A stretch of 63,733 nucleotides of DNA, filler included, from Perkinsus chesapeaki ATCC PRA-425 (lineage: Eukaryota > Protista > Perkinsozoa), in the NCBI GenBank assembly GCA_013115145.1. It is 9 parts of 9 records of this genome, joined end to end, with 100 filler letters (N's around TTAATTAATTAA, not from the genome) between each part and the next. Parts side by side here need not be neighbours in the genome. Positions count along the whole stretch, not along the records: positions 18,347 to 25,241 come from JAAPAO010001057.1; positions 25,342 to 29,757 come from JAAPAO010001264.1; positions 29,858 to 32,399 come from JAAPAO010001580.1; positions 32,500 to 57,103 come from JAAPAO010000541.1; 5 more parts are not named here. One strand, given 5' to 3'. The notes under the pieces were generated by a model. The model was not told where the DNA came from, did no database searches, and saw only the letters and a program-made list of their open reading frames with translations. The position numbers were made by a program, and so were the translations under genes. Of the stretch, positions 24,094-37,200 are shown in pieces (positions within the stretch are counted from its first letter, which is position 1; each line of letters begins with the position of its first letter).

Positions 24094-24990
24094 TTTTCAA
24101 TCATTCTCGCAGCACCACTTATTGCGTGTATTAGTGTAAATGCTTTTGTTACAGGGAGAGCTCGTATTGTGTGTCAGCGAAGCGGGGCGTGTTGCTTTTG
24201 TGAACCCCGAGCGAATCCTTGTCTAGCGTGTTCACGTAGTGCACCTCCAGTGCACCAAGCAACAAGGGGGAACAAACACCTCTCGTACTTCCTGGTATCC
24301 CTCAAAAAGCCGTGTCTGGTATCCAGACTCTGGTTAAGGAACACTAAGGCTTGGAGCTCGGCTTTGCCGCTTTTAGCCAGTGCTTAGAGCGAGCTCGGTG
24401 GTTGAGAAGGTGGACGTGTGAGTGTAGGTCCAGTACTGGAGCGAGTTCTAAGCAGTATCGAATTATTCATCAAGTGCGGGAATAGAGGCGAGAGACCGAC
24501 CTCTCCGTGGTTATTTCTGGAAATGTGGGGAACTTTGAAGTCATTTGCGCTCCCTGCGTGAGATTGAAACCTTCTTTATCTGTTCTGAGTAACACGAAGG
24601 GCATCTGCCCTAAATCCGGCTGAGCTCGTTCGCATGTGGCAGAGCAGACAGGCGCACTCTCTCTCTGACAACCAGCCCAAGTCGACGGCTTAGCCGTTAA
24701 ATCTAGTTTTCCCGGTCATTTGCGTCCGGCCACACTGCCATACCCGCATTATTATACTCCAAGCGAGCTCTCTTCCATAGACAGTACAATGTAGTGACCG
24801 CGGTAAATCTTTGTATTCAAAACTGAACGCATTTCCAAGTCAAGTAGAAAAGTGACGAATATGTGGAGGCCAGTTCATCTGGTTAGACGTTCATTAGCCA
24901 TAACAAAGGAGAGTTATAACAGAGAACGTAAAGTACTAAGTGGTCAGGCATAAAGCCAGACGAGTCTCTGCATTGCACTAATGAGCCACT

Positions 24991-25241
24991 TCAAGGGTGG
25001 AGTTTCTGTTTGATACCGTACATAAGGGATCGCGTGTCATTTGGCAGGAGATCTGATTGAAGCACCCATGCCATGAATCCGCTTAAGGACTTGTTCTTGG
25101 CAAAGTCGATCTTCTCTTGCAGGATAGGTTGCGAATCGAAGAAGTACCCCTCGAAGGATCCGTTGCCTTTGTCTTGGCCGGTTCTGTTCTCTATCTGTGC
25201 CGGTAACTCTACAGTTGATGCCATAGAAAACAGGGGTTGAG
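24991..25241 (-). CDS. C-terminal part of a GH18 chitinase-like protein (rest in or beyond gap)
   Basis: YFFDSQPILQEKIDFAKNKSLSGFMAWVLQSDLLPNDTRSLMYGIK resembles the GH18 beta-8 motif (K..YAK..LGG.MxW....D). Confidence 0.75.
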
Positions 25242-26049
25242 NNNNNNNNNNNNNNNNNNNNNNNNNNNNNNNNNNNNNNNNNNNNTTAATTAATTAANNN
25301 NNNNNNNNNNNNNNNNNNNNNNNNNNNNNNNNNNNNNNNNNAATTGTATAACGAGAGCAGCCTTACTCGGTCTGGGAGTGCTGAAGCACATCATTGCATA
25401 TTCCCAAAAGACCGAAGTTGCCAAGGAGCCTTTGAGGCTTTCCTGTAGTTGATTAAGAACTTTCAAATTATCAGATGATATGAACCGACGAGTCACCTCC
25501 GAAGTTGATGTCATAATGCAATGAGGAGGTTGGTAAAACTGGTGAAGGAAGGAAAAGGCAGCTTTCTAATAATCGAGTGTGAAATCCGCGCACAACTGAT
25601 ATATCCTTTCACAAAACGATCAGAACGGATCAGTGCCGTACTGTACGCACCGTGCCAGGGAGTACGAAAAAGTTCAGCACGACGAGCTTAACAAAATTCG
25701 TCTTATAATATGGTTTATTGAACAACAAGTTATAACACCGACACTCGAATATTTGCCATCTATCACATCCTTCCGCGACACAAGTCTGACGCTACAACGA
25801 AAAAGTTACCACATTCCACAGGCTGTGATTTCCAAGCAGGAGAACCCATTAAATAGTATAACACATTCCGATAATCAAGATGAGATAAGTTTGCTACGCT
25901 TCAGCAAGGTGACGACCAAACGCTTGAGACTAAGGTCTAACAAACTAGTGTCGCATTTAGCGGTACGACAGGAGGAATCACAGCTGAGCTCAGTTACAGT
26001 ATTTGTAGGATAATAGAAATTGGCAAATGAAAGTGTGTCGATTTAGCGT

Positions 26050-27760
26050 AAACGCAACAAGTTACATTTCAAAGCTACACACTGGAACATGGAATCATAG
26101 AAGGTCAACAATCGGAGAGCTGTTCGACCGATTAGCCGCCTCTTTGCCGCCTCTGACAACTTCCTTAGTCATACCCAAATCACCAGCTGAGTGATGCCTT
26201 CGACTTCGTTTTCTTTGTATCGTCTGCCTGTTCGTATGAGGTGTCCTACAAAGATGATGAACTTCCGAGTATCATTCCTCTGTAGTTAACCAGTTTACAT
26301 GCAAGCACGCGAAAGAAAAACAACTTCGCAGACGGATCGCATAAATGCACGGTTGTAAGTTTCATCGTTCAGCCATCGTTATTGTGGACGAATGGGCATG
26401 TTAGAACTCACCCTCCTGTCGCACATAACGCGATTCGCGATCCTCCAGTGAGTCCCTCATCCTCGCTTGAACTCGTATCAGGATTATGTCCGATGACGGC
26501 AAAGCCGCTTATAATATCTGCGCGACACACTGTGCCCGCAAAATTGATCATAACTCACTCGACTGATATCCTTCGCGAAGTGCTTTGTCACCATATGTAA
26601 ACGGCTTACTCTCTGCCGGCTTCCGTTGGACCTCTGAGACGTAACCGCTAGCAAGAACCAACTGTTTCTCTCGTACTGATCCCATCTGAAGCATCGTATT
26701 CCAAGGGAAACTTCGGACCCTCTTCATCAGAAGTCAACTCTCCGCTGCTGGAAGACTCTGAATTCGCATAAAGTACGATCACGACGCAAACCACTGACCT
26801 TCCGTCTTGTTACGGCGATGGACGTCCCGTTCGGTTTCATCTGATGTCTCTCCGACTCGTAACGAATTTATCATATCATCTTTGGCCATGAGAGCACTTC
26901 TCAGTCTTTTAGCTCTCTCTCGGACAAGCTTTGTTACTCGAGGATCATCGGGACTTGTGTAGCTCCCCAAAAACTGAAAAGTGACTGGTTCACAAGATCC
27001 TAGATTCGAGCGATCGTGGTGTGAAGAGAAGCATTCTATCGGGCCCGTGTTGAAGGATGACAGATGCAAAGAGCAGATTATATTTGCACGGTTTAGCAGC
27101 GTGGCAGATTGTCCTTCTATTATTCATGTTGAGACCAGACGTACCAGTAAACGTTGAGTGGCATCGAAGTGTTCGCCTCTGGTACATTCCCGCCAAAGTT
27201 CAATACTTGCTTTGTTGAGCAAATGCTCGAGGAGCTCGAGTCCAGCTAGTATGGCACGCCATGTCGCTGAAGGGGCCACTGCGAAGGCCAATACCTATAG
27301 CCAGTTAAACACAATCTATTATAAGGAAAGCTTGGTGGGGAGACGACTCAAAAAATGGTGTTGAACTTATTGCGACTATCCATCACAAAACAAAGATACT
27401 ATATTTCCCTTATACTGAAATTACTATACGGATAGTCAGCATAAGCCCATTAAGAGATATGTGGACTGACCTAGCCTGTAGGCTACAAGACAGCGGCGCT
27501 CCATGCGCTACCATCCGTGGAGTAACAATGCAGAGACGAAAGCGGAGAGGATTCTCATCGTATACTTCTCAACTAAGCATCAGCTTATAAAATTCCTTGA
27601 GACTTGCCAACACAGGAAGTACTTGCATTATGGACTTCCGGGTAGCCTGATCCACGTAAGTTGATTGACAAATCTGTTCAATGACATCTGCGTCTTGTGG
27701 TGATCCCCCGCCACTAAAGAAGCCTGCATGTTCATCACAGCTCAGGAATCGGTCAGTCAA
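26050..27760 (-). CDS. Hypothetical multi-exon protein
   Basis: Several open stretches end in GT donors (for example MTDRFLSCDEH.., KLVRERAKRLRSALMAKDD.., IRVQARMRDSLEDRESRYVRQE). No domain recognised and gene model not closed. Confidence 0.3.
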
Positions 27761-28779
27761 CTAAAATCAAATTGTGTCATGACCACATTAATGCAGCGAC
27801 GTCAAGATCCATCACTTCGGCTGGGCTGAGATCCTTCCGGTCGGCATTCGTGAACGAGCGCCTCACCCACAAAGGCAAAAAGCTCGACGCCTGTCGCGTG
27901 AATGACGGAACAGCGCCACTTTCTCCCATAAAAACAAAAGTCCGTCATGACAGTTGCCTTGAAGAGTGAACGCAAGATCAAAGATGGACACCTAAAGTTA
28001 TGTGTCTGGTTGTAGCTTAAGCCAACTATGATGATGCCTGCTGCAGCACAGCAATCGAGTCGCATATCCATCGCATGAATGTCGCACAAGAAGCAATCTC
28101 CAATCGTTCATGTGGTGAGTGAGTTCCCTAAAGACACAAAAACCAACGTTCTACAGTCTAGAAAATATCGGGAAGCCGAGAATGGCGCAGCTTCCCCATG
28201 AGTGAAATCATACGGAAGAGTTATTCAAATACGCCAGGGGGCTAGACAGGAGCCACTACTAGCCATACAATCGCATTAGTGTCTCAGCTTCTCTACTGTA
28301 GTGTCCCATTTTGAGGGTTGACGTAGCTGGCCAAGTTTACTCGGTATGACTCCCGGGGCGATGCTGCAGATTCTCTCGGGTGTGATAGGTGGGCGAGCGA
28401 GTCTAGCGACAGCACGCCTAGTGAATCTTGAATGTTCATCCGTGCAGTCTGTTTGGTGAATTTTATTCCAATGAACTACAGTGAGTTAATTTTTTCGGGT
28501 TTTCCAGTCATACTTTTAACCAAAGTTCACTGTGGGTGCCGGGAAAGGTTCCCTATTGTGATGTGTGCTCAATTTTCACCGGCTTGAAACTATGCAAAAG
28601 CAGATGATGTGGACTCAAGTAGTTCGGTCAGCTCTATGGCAATCCCTCAAAAGCCGTATACAAACATAACTATTTTATTGTTTTCCCGCTAACGAAAGAA
28701 TGACGTTCTTAAGGATTGTAGTGGGTGGCGTCACTGATACTTATCCGTCAGAGATCGAAGTGATAACACACTCACCTTG

Positions 28780-29757
28780 GCAGTAGGTCCAATACTCACA
28801 CACTCCTTAACAGATGGCAGTCGAACCATCAATGTGCCACATTCCAATCCACCATGTACTGTATATATCCTAGGATCAGCAACAGTAGGGCATGTGCTTC
28901 TCACAACCTGGACACAATATTGCGATATGAATTATAAGCTAATAGAGCTACGCATCAACAATAGCAAATAGTCAGACGTCGTAAGGAGAACCACTGGTAC
29001 GAAGTTAGTTGTGTTGTCACCTTACCTTAAGCAGCTCCGACTCTCTATCGGGCTCCCAGCCGGGAAATGGACAGATATCTGTCTCGCTCTTGGCGCCAAC
29101 TTTATCTCCAAGCTCACTGAACTGTTGACCTGAGATTAACAGAAAGCGTACAAATGTATAAACCTTGACGATAAACGCACCGACGACACGGAGAGCTTCC
29201 ATTGAAGTTGAGCGAGGGAAAACGTGTACCTATACCAAAGATACGTTGAAACCGATACCATTCAGATGAGGATGCTTACCATAGCGAACTCTGAGCCATC
29301 CTTACTGACGATACGAAGAACACCCAAATTGCAACTGGTTCTGAAACTCCAAATATATTCAACAAACTGATTCATTGTGGATGACCTTGGTTCGTCACTT
29401 CCTTCTTCACGCTCAATTACACCATGCGGCACTTTGTCGATAATCGTCATCAGTCTCTTTATAAATTCAAAGCTCAATGGACCCTGTCAAATTTCATGCA
29501 TGACAGCGATATGCATCCTACCTTTGATGAAGTATTCGATTCGAGCTCCTCATCGATAAGGAGAACCGCGGATTCTTCAGACGGATGCTCTTTCAGAATC
29601 GCCTATCATCTTTCAAGCTGATTGAAAGTGAAAGCAAGTCGGCTACTTGGAAGTATTTCATAAGTTCTTCCTTGACAGGTCCCTAGTTATTCGGATCCAC
29701 CGCAATAACTGCTGCAGCTTCTCTCGGTATTGCATTCGGGCCAGTGCCACCTTCAAC
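28780..29757 (-). CDS. pepD: Aminoacyl-histidine dipeptidase PepD-like (M20C), C-terminal half; one in-frame TAG
   Basis: GGTGPNAIPREAAAVIAV; KVPHGVI..RTSCNLGVL; VFPRSTS; PFPGWEPDRESELLK; YTVHGGLECG; VSIGPT. These collinear PepD motifs are split by about 7 GT-AG introns. TAG at 29683-29685. Confidence 0.85.
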
Positions 29758-29857
29758 NNNNNNNNNNNNNNNNNNNNNNNNNNNNNNNNNNNNNNNNNNN
29801 NTTAATTAATTAANNNNNNNNNNNNNNNNNNNNNNNNNNNNNNNNNNNNNNNNNNNN

Positions 29858-30070
29858 TGAACAGCATCTGTCGAAGAAATACCATAACGACAAGGATCTA
29901 CAAGAATTGGTTCAAGCTATTGATGAGAAGGTATTATCTGCACAAGTACCACTGGTTTGGCAACGTTTTTTCTGGCAGCTATCAACAGCCGGCGGTATTA
30001 TCTATCGTACATATGTCCCATCATCAGTCCCCGCCCCCCCCCCCCAGCTACGCCACGCAGAGGGTCCTCG
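29858..30070 (+). mobile_element. Ty3/gypsy-like pol fragment (RNase H-integrase linker), decayed
   Basis: KKYHNDKDLQELVQAIDEK..FFWQLSTAGGIIYRTYVPSSVPAPPQLRH is typical of the region just before the integrase HHCC. The frame breaks after a C-run. Confidence 0.5.
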
Positions 30071-31141
30071 CATAAAAAAATGGACATAAATCGAAATGTA
30101 AAAAAGCGAAAAATCACATCGCATTTGTTATCCACATAAGACAATAACTACCATGCCGACAGACTTTCAAGTGCATCGCGAACAGGTTCGCGATATTATA
30201 CAAGGATCTTCTTAGACCGTTTCTACTCCAAACGAGACAACAACGAATCTAAACTGGTTATCTAACAAGCATGCCTGTGGGCCACAGGCTGTGGCGTCGC
30301 ATCTCATTCAGTTTATCCGATCAGCTACACGGCTCTTGAAACTGCATACCGATTTCCTCAACAAACAATGTTACACGGTCCATATTAATCAATAATGTAC
30401 AATGGAGGGAGATAGCTCACATCTACTGCCGAGTTGTAAGCGATAGGCTTGGGCGAGTTTTCCGCCTTCTTTTGTGGACAAGAACGGAACGGTCCTCCCG
30501 GTCGGCTCGGGCAATAGCAGTACTACTGCCGCAGTACGAGCGTGCCGTCATGTGTGCAGTTGCTGCGATCTTCCCGTATGATCTTTTTCAGTGAATAGGT
30601 GGTTGCTTCTAAGCCGCACAATATCGTATGTATGGCATTGACCTCCAGTCGAGCCAGCCGGGTGAGTGGAAGTAGATACTGTGCTCCCTTGTTCTGTGTT
30701 ACAGTACCACCGTAACCCCATAGCCTGGTGCACAATATCTGGCCCTCGGCGATGGCGAGAAGGAACTTCGGGGCACATACTCGACAACGGTTGTGCTTGG
30801 AAGTGATTATGCGACATGCGGAAAAACCTGCCGCACAAATGTAGCGCGGTACATTTAAATCGCAAAATATCTTTTTGTCATACGTTGAAATACTGCACAC
30901 ATATATTGCTATAAGGTGGAGTGCTGAGGATGAGAAATATATTCGTCCTACTCCTCAACAGCTCAAACATGGCTACAGTTATACACCGCACAGGGGCACA
31001 AGTGACGGAGCCTTGTATGTGTTGCGCCCGGACGGACAGAGCATGCGTGCTAGACAACCCGGTTGACAATAAGTTTCCAAATTTTGACGGTCCTGCAATT
31101 ACTGATTTGTTTCGGCAGGTAGTTGTACACTCAAATCAAAC

Positions 31142-31433
31142 ATGAGAACCTTCTTCATCGTCGCTGCTTTCTTATTCGTGGTACTCTCGATCAGTGGATG
31201 CTCATCTAGTAGTGAAACTACAGTTTAATTACCATTGATGATCGTGTATTTCAGAAAACACGACCACCAAAAAGCCTGTGACTACACACGCTCCGACTGG
31301 TCGTCCAGCTACTACTCAAGCTCCTACCACGAGGGGCCCTACCACTCAAGCTCCTACTACGCGCGCCCCTACTACTCAAGCTCCTACTACGCGCGCCCCT
31401 ACTACTCAAGCTCCTACTACAGGCCCCCGCTGA
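31142..31433 (+). CDS. Small secreted Thr/Pro-rich mucin-like protein (about 83 aa, one intron)
   Basis: Exon 1 MRTFFIVAAFLFVVLSISGCSS; intron ending tttcag at 31254; exon 2 NTTTKKPVTTHAPTGRPATTQAPTTRGPTTQAPTTRAPTTQAPTTRAPTTQAPTTGPR*. Confidence 0.75.
31309..31421 (+). repeat. 30-bp coding tandem repeat (TTQAPTTRAP)
   Basis: Unit ctactactcaagctcctactacgcgcgccc, about 3.7 copies. Confidence 0.9.
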
Positions 31434-32816
31434 GTACACTAGACTTGACGAAGTAGTCCTCACGGGTAAGAATACCCCAACAGCTACTCGTATGGTTCAT
31501 CAACATGCCTTATTTGTCCTCCGATTGTTCACCGTATATTTTTATGAACCAAGCAAAGTACGGTATACAGGATGTCGTATTTCGTTTTATTCGTACAACC
31601 AACATCAAGCTTCACTCATTTCAGAGGTTTCTGGAATCTGTGTATTCCTACTCGGGCCTGATGTGCTATCGAGGATCTCTCTCAATTGTTATGACTTAGT
31701 CTGGGGAGTTTCTCACTTCCTCAGGCTTAGTGTCATTTACGTATCTCGGTGATGTTCACGGTTCCATTTCTTTTAAATCTATTTAATAAACTTTGTTGTT
31801 TCTTGTGTTAATATTGTTACACTTCGGCGCATTCGCGGTAGAGACCCCGGAGCGTGAAATCGACTCTCTGGACTCTATGTTCAAGTTGAGGCTTGTCAGC
31901 AGTTCCGAGACGCAAGTCAGAGTTTTGGGAAACTGTACCGACAACTTTTCATCGGTAATTGAGTGACAGTAAGTTCTCAAGTGGAATAAGTTTTTAAGCG
32001 TTTGACGCTTGTATTAGTCGCTGTAGTAACGATTTTTAGTATCTGATCCTCGACGAGCAGGATTCAGTGCAAATGGTCGAGCTCAGTCAGATTTGGGTGG
32101 TCTGGCACCAATTCAGTCGTTCTCGCGGCCAGCCGTATTGTCGCCTTGCTCATCACGCATTTGTGGTACTAAGTTTATATGACTGTGATTCATTTACACT
32201 CACTAAACAAATATAATAACTGAAGTGTATACATTATGTCGTTAACAGTGTATCAGCCATCACTCTATTAACCAGCAAGAATGCCGGTAGTCGAATGGGC
32301 TGTTGATGTATCTAGCTGCCTTCTTAAATGTTTAATTAGATTCTCTTTGATCCACTTCACATCTCGAAGAAGTACCGCGTCATCTTTGCTGGATCGATGN
32401 NNNNNNNNNNNNNNNNNNNNNNNNNNNNNNNNNNNNNNNNNNNTTAATTAATTAANNNNNNNNNNNNNNNNNNNNNNNNNNNNNNNNNNNNNNNNNNNNT
32501 TCTAAGTTAATTTGGCAACGTTTCCGTGCCGATTTCTCAGTTCTCAATCACCAGTAAGTGTTAGGCGCTGAAACTTCGGTGGTATATTGAAGGTTATGTT
32601 AGAACGAGGCTCTCTGAGTTTTGGGCACAGAGTCGCAAATCTGGCAGAGAATGGTCACAAAAACGTGATATTCTAAGTTAATTTGGAGGACTGTAGAATA
32701 CCAACTGATGGGGTATGCTTGTAGCTAAGCGATAAGCTACGAAATGATCGTATCGAGGAGACTCCTAACATCACTCGAAGCCTTCTTCTATTTTAAATGA
32801 ACTTACCTTCTTTTTA

Positions 32817-33873
32817 GTGTACCATTCAGCCAGCAGGGTTGTATGTGTACATGCTTTGAGATAACACCACAGATGTATGACAACAACAGCAACAGCCAGT
32901 CCCATCTAATGGTAGTTAATACGCACTATGATGTCCTGGGTGGCACGAGTCATAGGCAGTCCAACACAGAGGATTTACGTGATCTCATAAGGAAGGTTAT
33001 TGCTGAGTGAGTACATTAGTGTCAAGTTGTGGATAGTATAAGTATTCAGAATTACCGACACCAAGCTTGTGGACCCGGCTAAGACAGGATTTCTGGTGTG
33101 CGGCGACTTTAACGTTGTGGATAATTCACCGTGAGCAATGGGGATGGTCCTTATTATTTATACTCTTTATAATATGGGAGTTTGCAAACTGAGAGGGATT
33201 TAGTACTTTGCTTATTACTTAGTTATTATGAAAGACTTCGCAGTTTGGAGGGCGCTGCCTCGATGAGAGATCTATGGAGAGAAGTCCAACAGGATGGCGA
33301 GTAGGAAGGTCCAGGGTTCGAACCCGGAGATAGGTATTTTTTGTAGATATCACTACACGGTTCACAGCCGTAACAAGAAGGCTAAAGAGATCTTCCCTGA
33401 TGATCACGGAAATAGCCTTTTCCCATGGCCGATTCATCCTATAAGAGTCAGCTCATCAATGCTACTAGAAAAGGATTATGTTTCATCAGATTGACCATCT
33501 ATTCGCCTTGGACGAGTTCGAAGGGGTTAAATGGGCCACGGTTGAGTGCACTGAAATAAAAGTAAGATAAATGCCTCCTCATATTAATACCCATTCCCTG
33601 CACATTGCAGTTGATATACGTGAATATACTATAATACTTTTACTATTAAGTGAAGGAAAGTCATCTTCTTGTCACCTTCCCCTATCTTTTTGTCATCAGT
33701 CCTTGTCATCTGTGCTAGCAGTGCTGCTGCTGCTGCACATTATCAATGATCGACTATCACTACCTTTCGATAAGTGATGCTGGCTTGATTATTAGGTATT
33801 ACGGCAGCCCTATGGTGAGGAGCTTGCCGACCATTGGGGACAGAGTTGCGCAATTTCTATAACACCCATTTGA
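32817..33873 (+). CDS. Endonuclease/exonuclease/phosphatase (EEP) family protein, sphingomyelinase-like; 5' part unresolved
   Basis: Exons PFSQQGCMCTCF / VVNTHYD / FLVCGDFNV / MRDLWRE / QIDHLF / LADHWG reproduce the EEP motifs NTH, GDFN, IDY and SDH in order. Confidence 0.8.
33301..33346 (+). other. 46-nt intron carrying a tRNA variable-loop/T-arm (B-box) sequence
   Basis: gtaggaAGGTCCAGGGTTCGAACCCggagataggtattttttgtag; flanking exons join in frame. Confidence 0.6.
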
Positions 33874-34256
33874 AGACAAGTGTCCTTGAGGTTGCTATGA
33901 AACCCGTAGATTTCTCAGATTTTTTCGCTAGTGCTTGACTTCTCATAATTCTGATGATTCTCTTCTAAGCTTAGTTATTTTTATAAAGTATCTGTTGCGT
34001 TATTGAGTGAGTAGGGAATGCTGCCGGTTGTATATGACGAACTATGTTAGCGGTATGACCTGTATAGGAACTCGACAGAATCCCCGTCCACACCTTGGCT
34101 ACAACAAACAAAAACACAAAAAATCATCAATCAAAAAAAGTTATAATGGTTAAAAATAGAAGCTTTATTTGATTGAGATAGGGTGTAATCTCTGTATTCG
34201 GTTGGAAGTGGACTCGACCCTTTGGTGGTGTAAATCACTCTGTTCAGTTTGTGGGA

Positions 34257-37200
34257 ATGTCGGACGGTCACGAGGAACGCAAATGCAGTCAGGAATGGCT
34301 AACCAAGCTCGAACAAAAGACTATAGAGTTGGGTAAGAAATCGTACCACCGACATGGCAGTATATTGGTTTCCAGCATCGACATCCTCACGAGAGACGCA
34401 AATTAGACGGGAGCTGGAGGCACTCACAGCTACCTGTGCACGGGCTGAGGCAAAGGCCAATGGTTTAGAGGAGGAAAAGAAGGATTGGGAAATTGAAAAG
34501 AAACAGCTTCAGGCTGAGTAAGAGGGGTGCTTTTCAACCAGTTTTGTATCTTGTATGGTTGACTCACGGATATGCTTAAGGATTGAGCGTGTACATGAGG
34601 AAGACCTCGAGAGCAGATCGAAGTTGGAGAAGGAGAAGGGTGAACATCAGCGTACTCGAGTGAGTAGATGTTTATTCATCACCTTCCCTTTCGAGAATGG
34701 TTAAGGTACATCTAGAACTACGTTGTGAAGCATTACAGAAGCAACGACAAGAGGCATTACTCGGGGGATCGGGTTCAATGTTGATGATGGGGGTAAGATG
34801 ATAGTACTATCATCAGTAGCTTTGAGCAATAAGCTCACACACAGTGTGTCAAACACACTATCATAGACAGGTGTTAATCACTGCTGCAGTGTTAATGTTA
34901 GTATGACTTGATGTAAGAAGTATTTTAATATTACTGCTCTCACTAAAGACATCATCACCTTCGCTTCCATGTCTCGTGACATTTTGCTCCAAGTTCCGAA
35001 ATATATTAATGTTCAGTACGCATAAACACCTTCACTCGCCCTAAACTCACCCCCACCTCCTTCTTCTTTTTAATTATATTATGTTAGGGTCTACCAGCAT
35101 CAGGCGCTGGGGGATCGTCACTTGCAAGGTTCCAACTTGAGTCCAGCCAGATGAGGGTAGCCCAACTCGAGAAGGAGCTGGATCTTTACAAGACTACGCA
35201 AGAGCAGGTACGTTACCATTAACCGTGGGAGCAAGCTGCCAGCTGGGCTACTATCACAGGTGCAGTCGTTGCTGGGTAGAGTGTCGGAGCTAGAAGGGGA
35301 ACTCAGGCTTGCATTTGCCGACTGTAGAAAAGCAGAGACGAAGGCTAAAGAAACTGAAAGAATACAAGTCAGAGCAATGGGCGGGAGAGCAGCTCACCAA
35401 ACTTCCAAAGACGCCCATTTGCTGATGTGAAGGGCTTCTGAGATAATTAATGGGATTTTTCACACCTGCTGCAAAACTTTCCACCCAAAAAATATCCAAG
35501 ACGGATTTTATTGGTGGCAGTTAATGTGTGGTCCATTATTTGGCAATATTGTTAGGCAGAGTTGGATGAGACCAAAAACTTACTCAGTGTAACTAAGGAA
35601 CAACTATCAGTGGCTAATGCGAAGCTAGCGATGAATGTAAGGACCTCAGGTGGCAAGGTGTGGCATGTTTGTTTAAGATATCATCTCATACAACAATAGA
35701 AAGGTTAAGAGAGGAGCTTGCAGGGTATATAGTAGAGACTGAGATGATACATGAGGAATGTAAGCTTAGTGGTGGAGGAGAAGGAGGACTGTATCTTATA
35801 TGTTCACGGCTTGCCTATCCTACCTAATCTCTGTTAAACTCGTTATCACCTTCAGAATGTTCTGCGTTGTCCTCAGTCCACAAGAAGGTGTACATGCAAT
35901 ACATCATACGGCGTGTGTTGGCATATACGTATCCTTCCTAGCAATGCGCCACTTGCTCGTCTACTTATACTCGTATCCCTATGAATTGTTTTTAGTAACC
36001 GCTCTCGGTATTGTACCAAGTTCCTCTAGAATATCTGGTAAAGCTACTGGAAGTCGAGAGCTATTATCATCTGAATGGAGTATGACTAAAAGCTTTATAC
36101 GACAGGCCAAGTCAGAGAAGGCAAAGCTAGACGCTGAGACAACAAGGTACAGGGGATGCCACATCGCGAATGCCGATTCTCTCTCTAGGCTGGCTGGTGA
36201 GAATGAGTACTATGCAGCGAAGGTGAAGGCTATCGAAGCTGAGCTTACGGCGGAGAATCAACAAAAGAAGACAGCTATAGTGGCGACTACTGAAGTAGGT
36301 TGATGATAGCTGTCGAACCAATTGGGAAAATCAGCGCAAAACTGGTGCAAGTGCTGCCAGAATTTGAGAATTGAGTACAACTTTCATTAAATAAAACTCG
36401 TATAGGAAACTTTTAGTAATAGAGTGTGCGCGCAATGTCATGGCGCTAACTCCTATTAGGCAACATCAATATCCTCCTCCTCTGCCTCCGGTGATAGTGA
36501 TGATGCTGTTGTCGACCTGAGAAGTGAGTCTGATGATACCAAGAAAGATGATATGAGTGGTGTAATGGCAGAGAAAGATAAGGTAGCGAAAACACTCGCA
36601 TTGTTATCAACAGCTTGCCCTCAGATAATAGCAGATAATGCCGCTGAACTAAAACGACTTAGTGAAGTATTAAAAGAGAAGAACGAGGAACTGCAAAGGC
36701 TTAAGATGGAGTCCAATACGTCCAAGGTGTACATTCCGCTGCCACAGTTTCTGCTCTCCTTCGTACGCTGAAGTGAATGGTTAAATATGTTCTCTAACTT
36801 CAGCGCAAAAGAATAAGTGATGAGAGTTCTCCTGAGATCGATGAATCAGAAGGAGCAGACCCCAGTCAGCCGATGGCTAAACGGTAGCCAGTGCACTCGG
36901 GTTCGATCCCTGGCGGCGGTATTTTATTGTTTAGTTATAAAGCCACATTAGAACGGCTTAGTGAGATTGACAAATTGCACGAAGCAATTCGAAAACTTGA
37001 AGCCCGAGGTGATTTAGTCCCTTCAATGTCTTCTTTTACCATCACATATTCAGGGAAGACTTCTGACGACTCATCGAGACATATCGAGGATACTGTTGCG
37101 GAGAGAGATCGGGCCGTCCGTAAGTTACGAGAATTCAAGATCGAAATGCAAGAGTACTACGATACCACCCGTGTATCATCACCTCACCCGGAAGATCTCA

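Noticed and set aside
30523-30900. Cys/His-rich ORFs as a zinc finger or integrase
   Set aside because: The spacing fits no C2H2 or HHCC pattern convincingly; probably decayed repeat sequence.
31235-31456. Tyr/Ser-rich ORF (SSSYYARPYY)n
   Set aside because: Alternative frame of the mucin repeat; it has no real start, while the Thr/Pro frame joins a signal-peptide exon.
32500-32686. 16-bp direct repeat ttctaagttaatttgg (32500 and 32671) as a target-site duplication
   Set aside because: One copy sits at the contig edge and the enclosed 155 bp has no element features; more likely an assembly edge effect.
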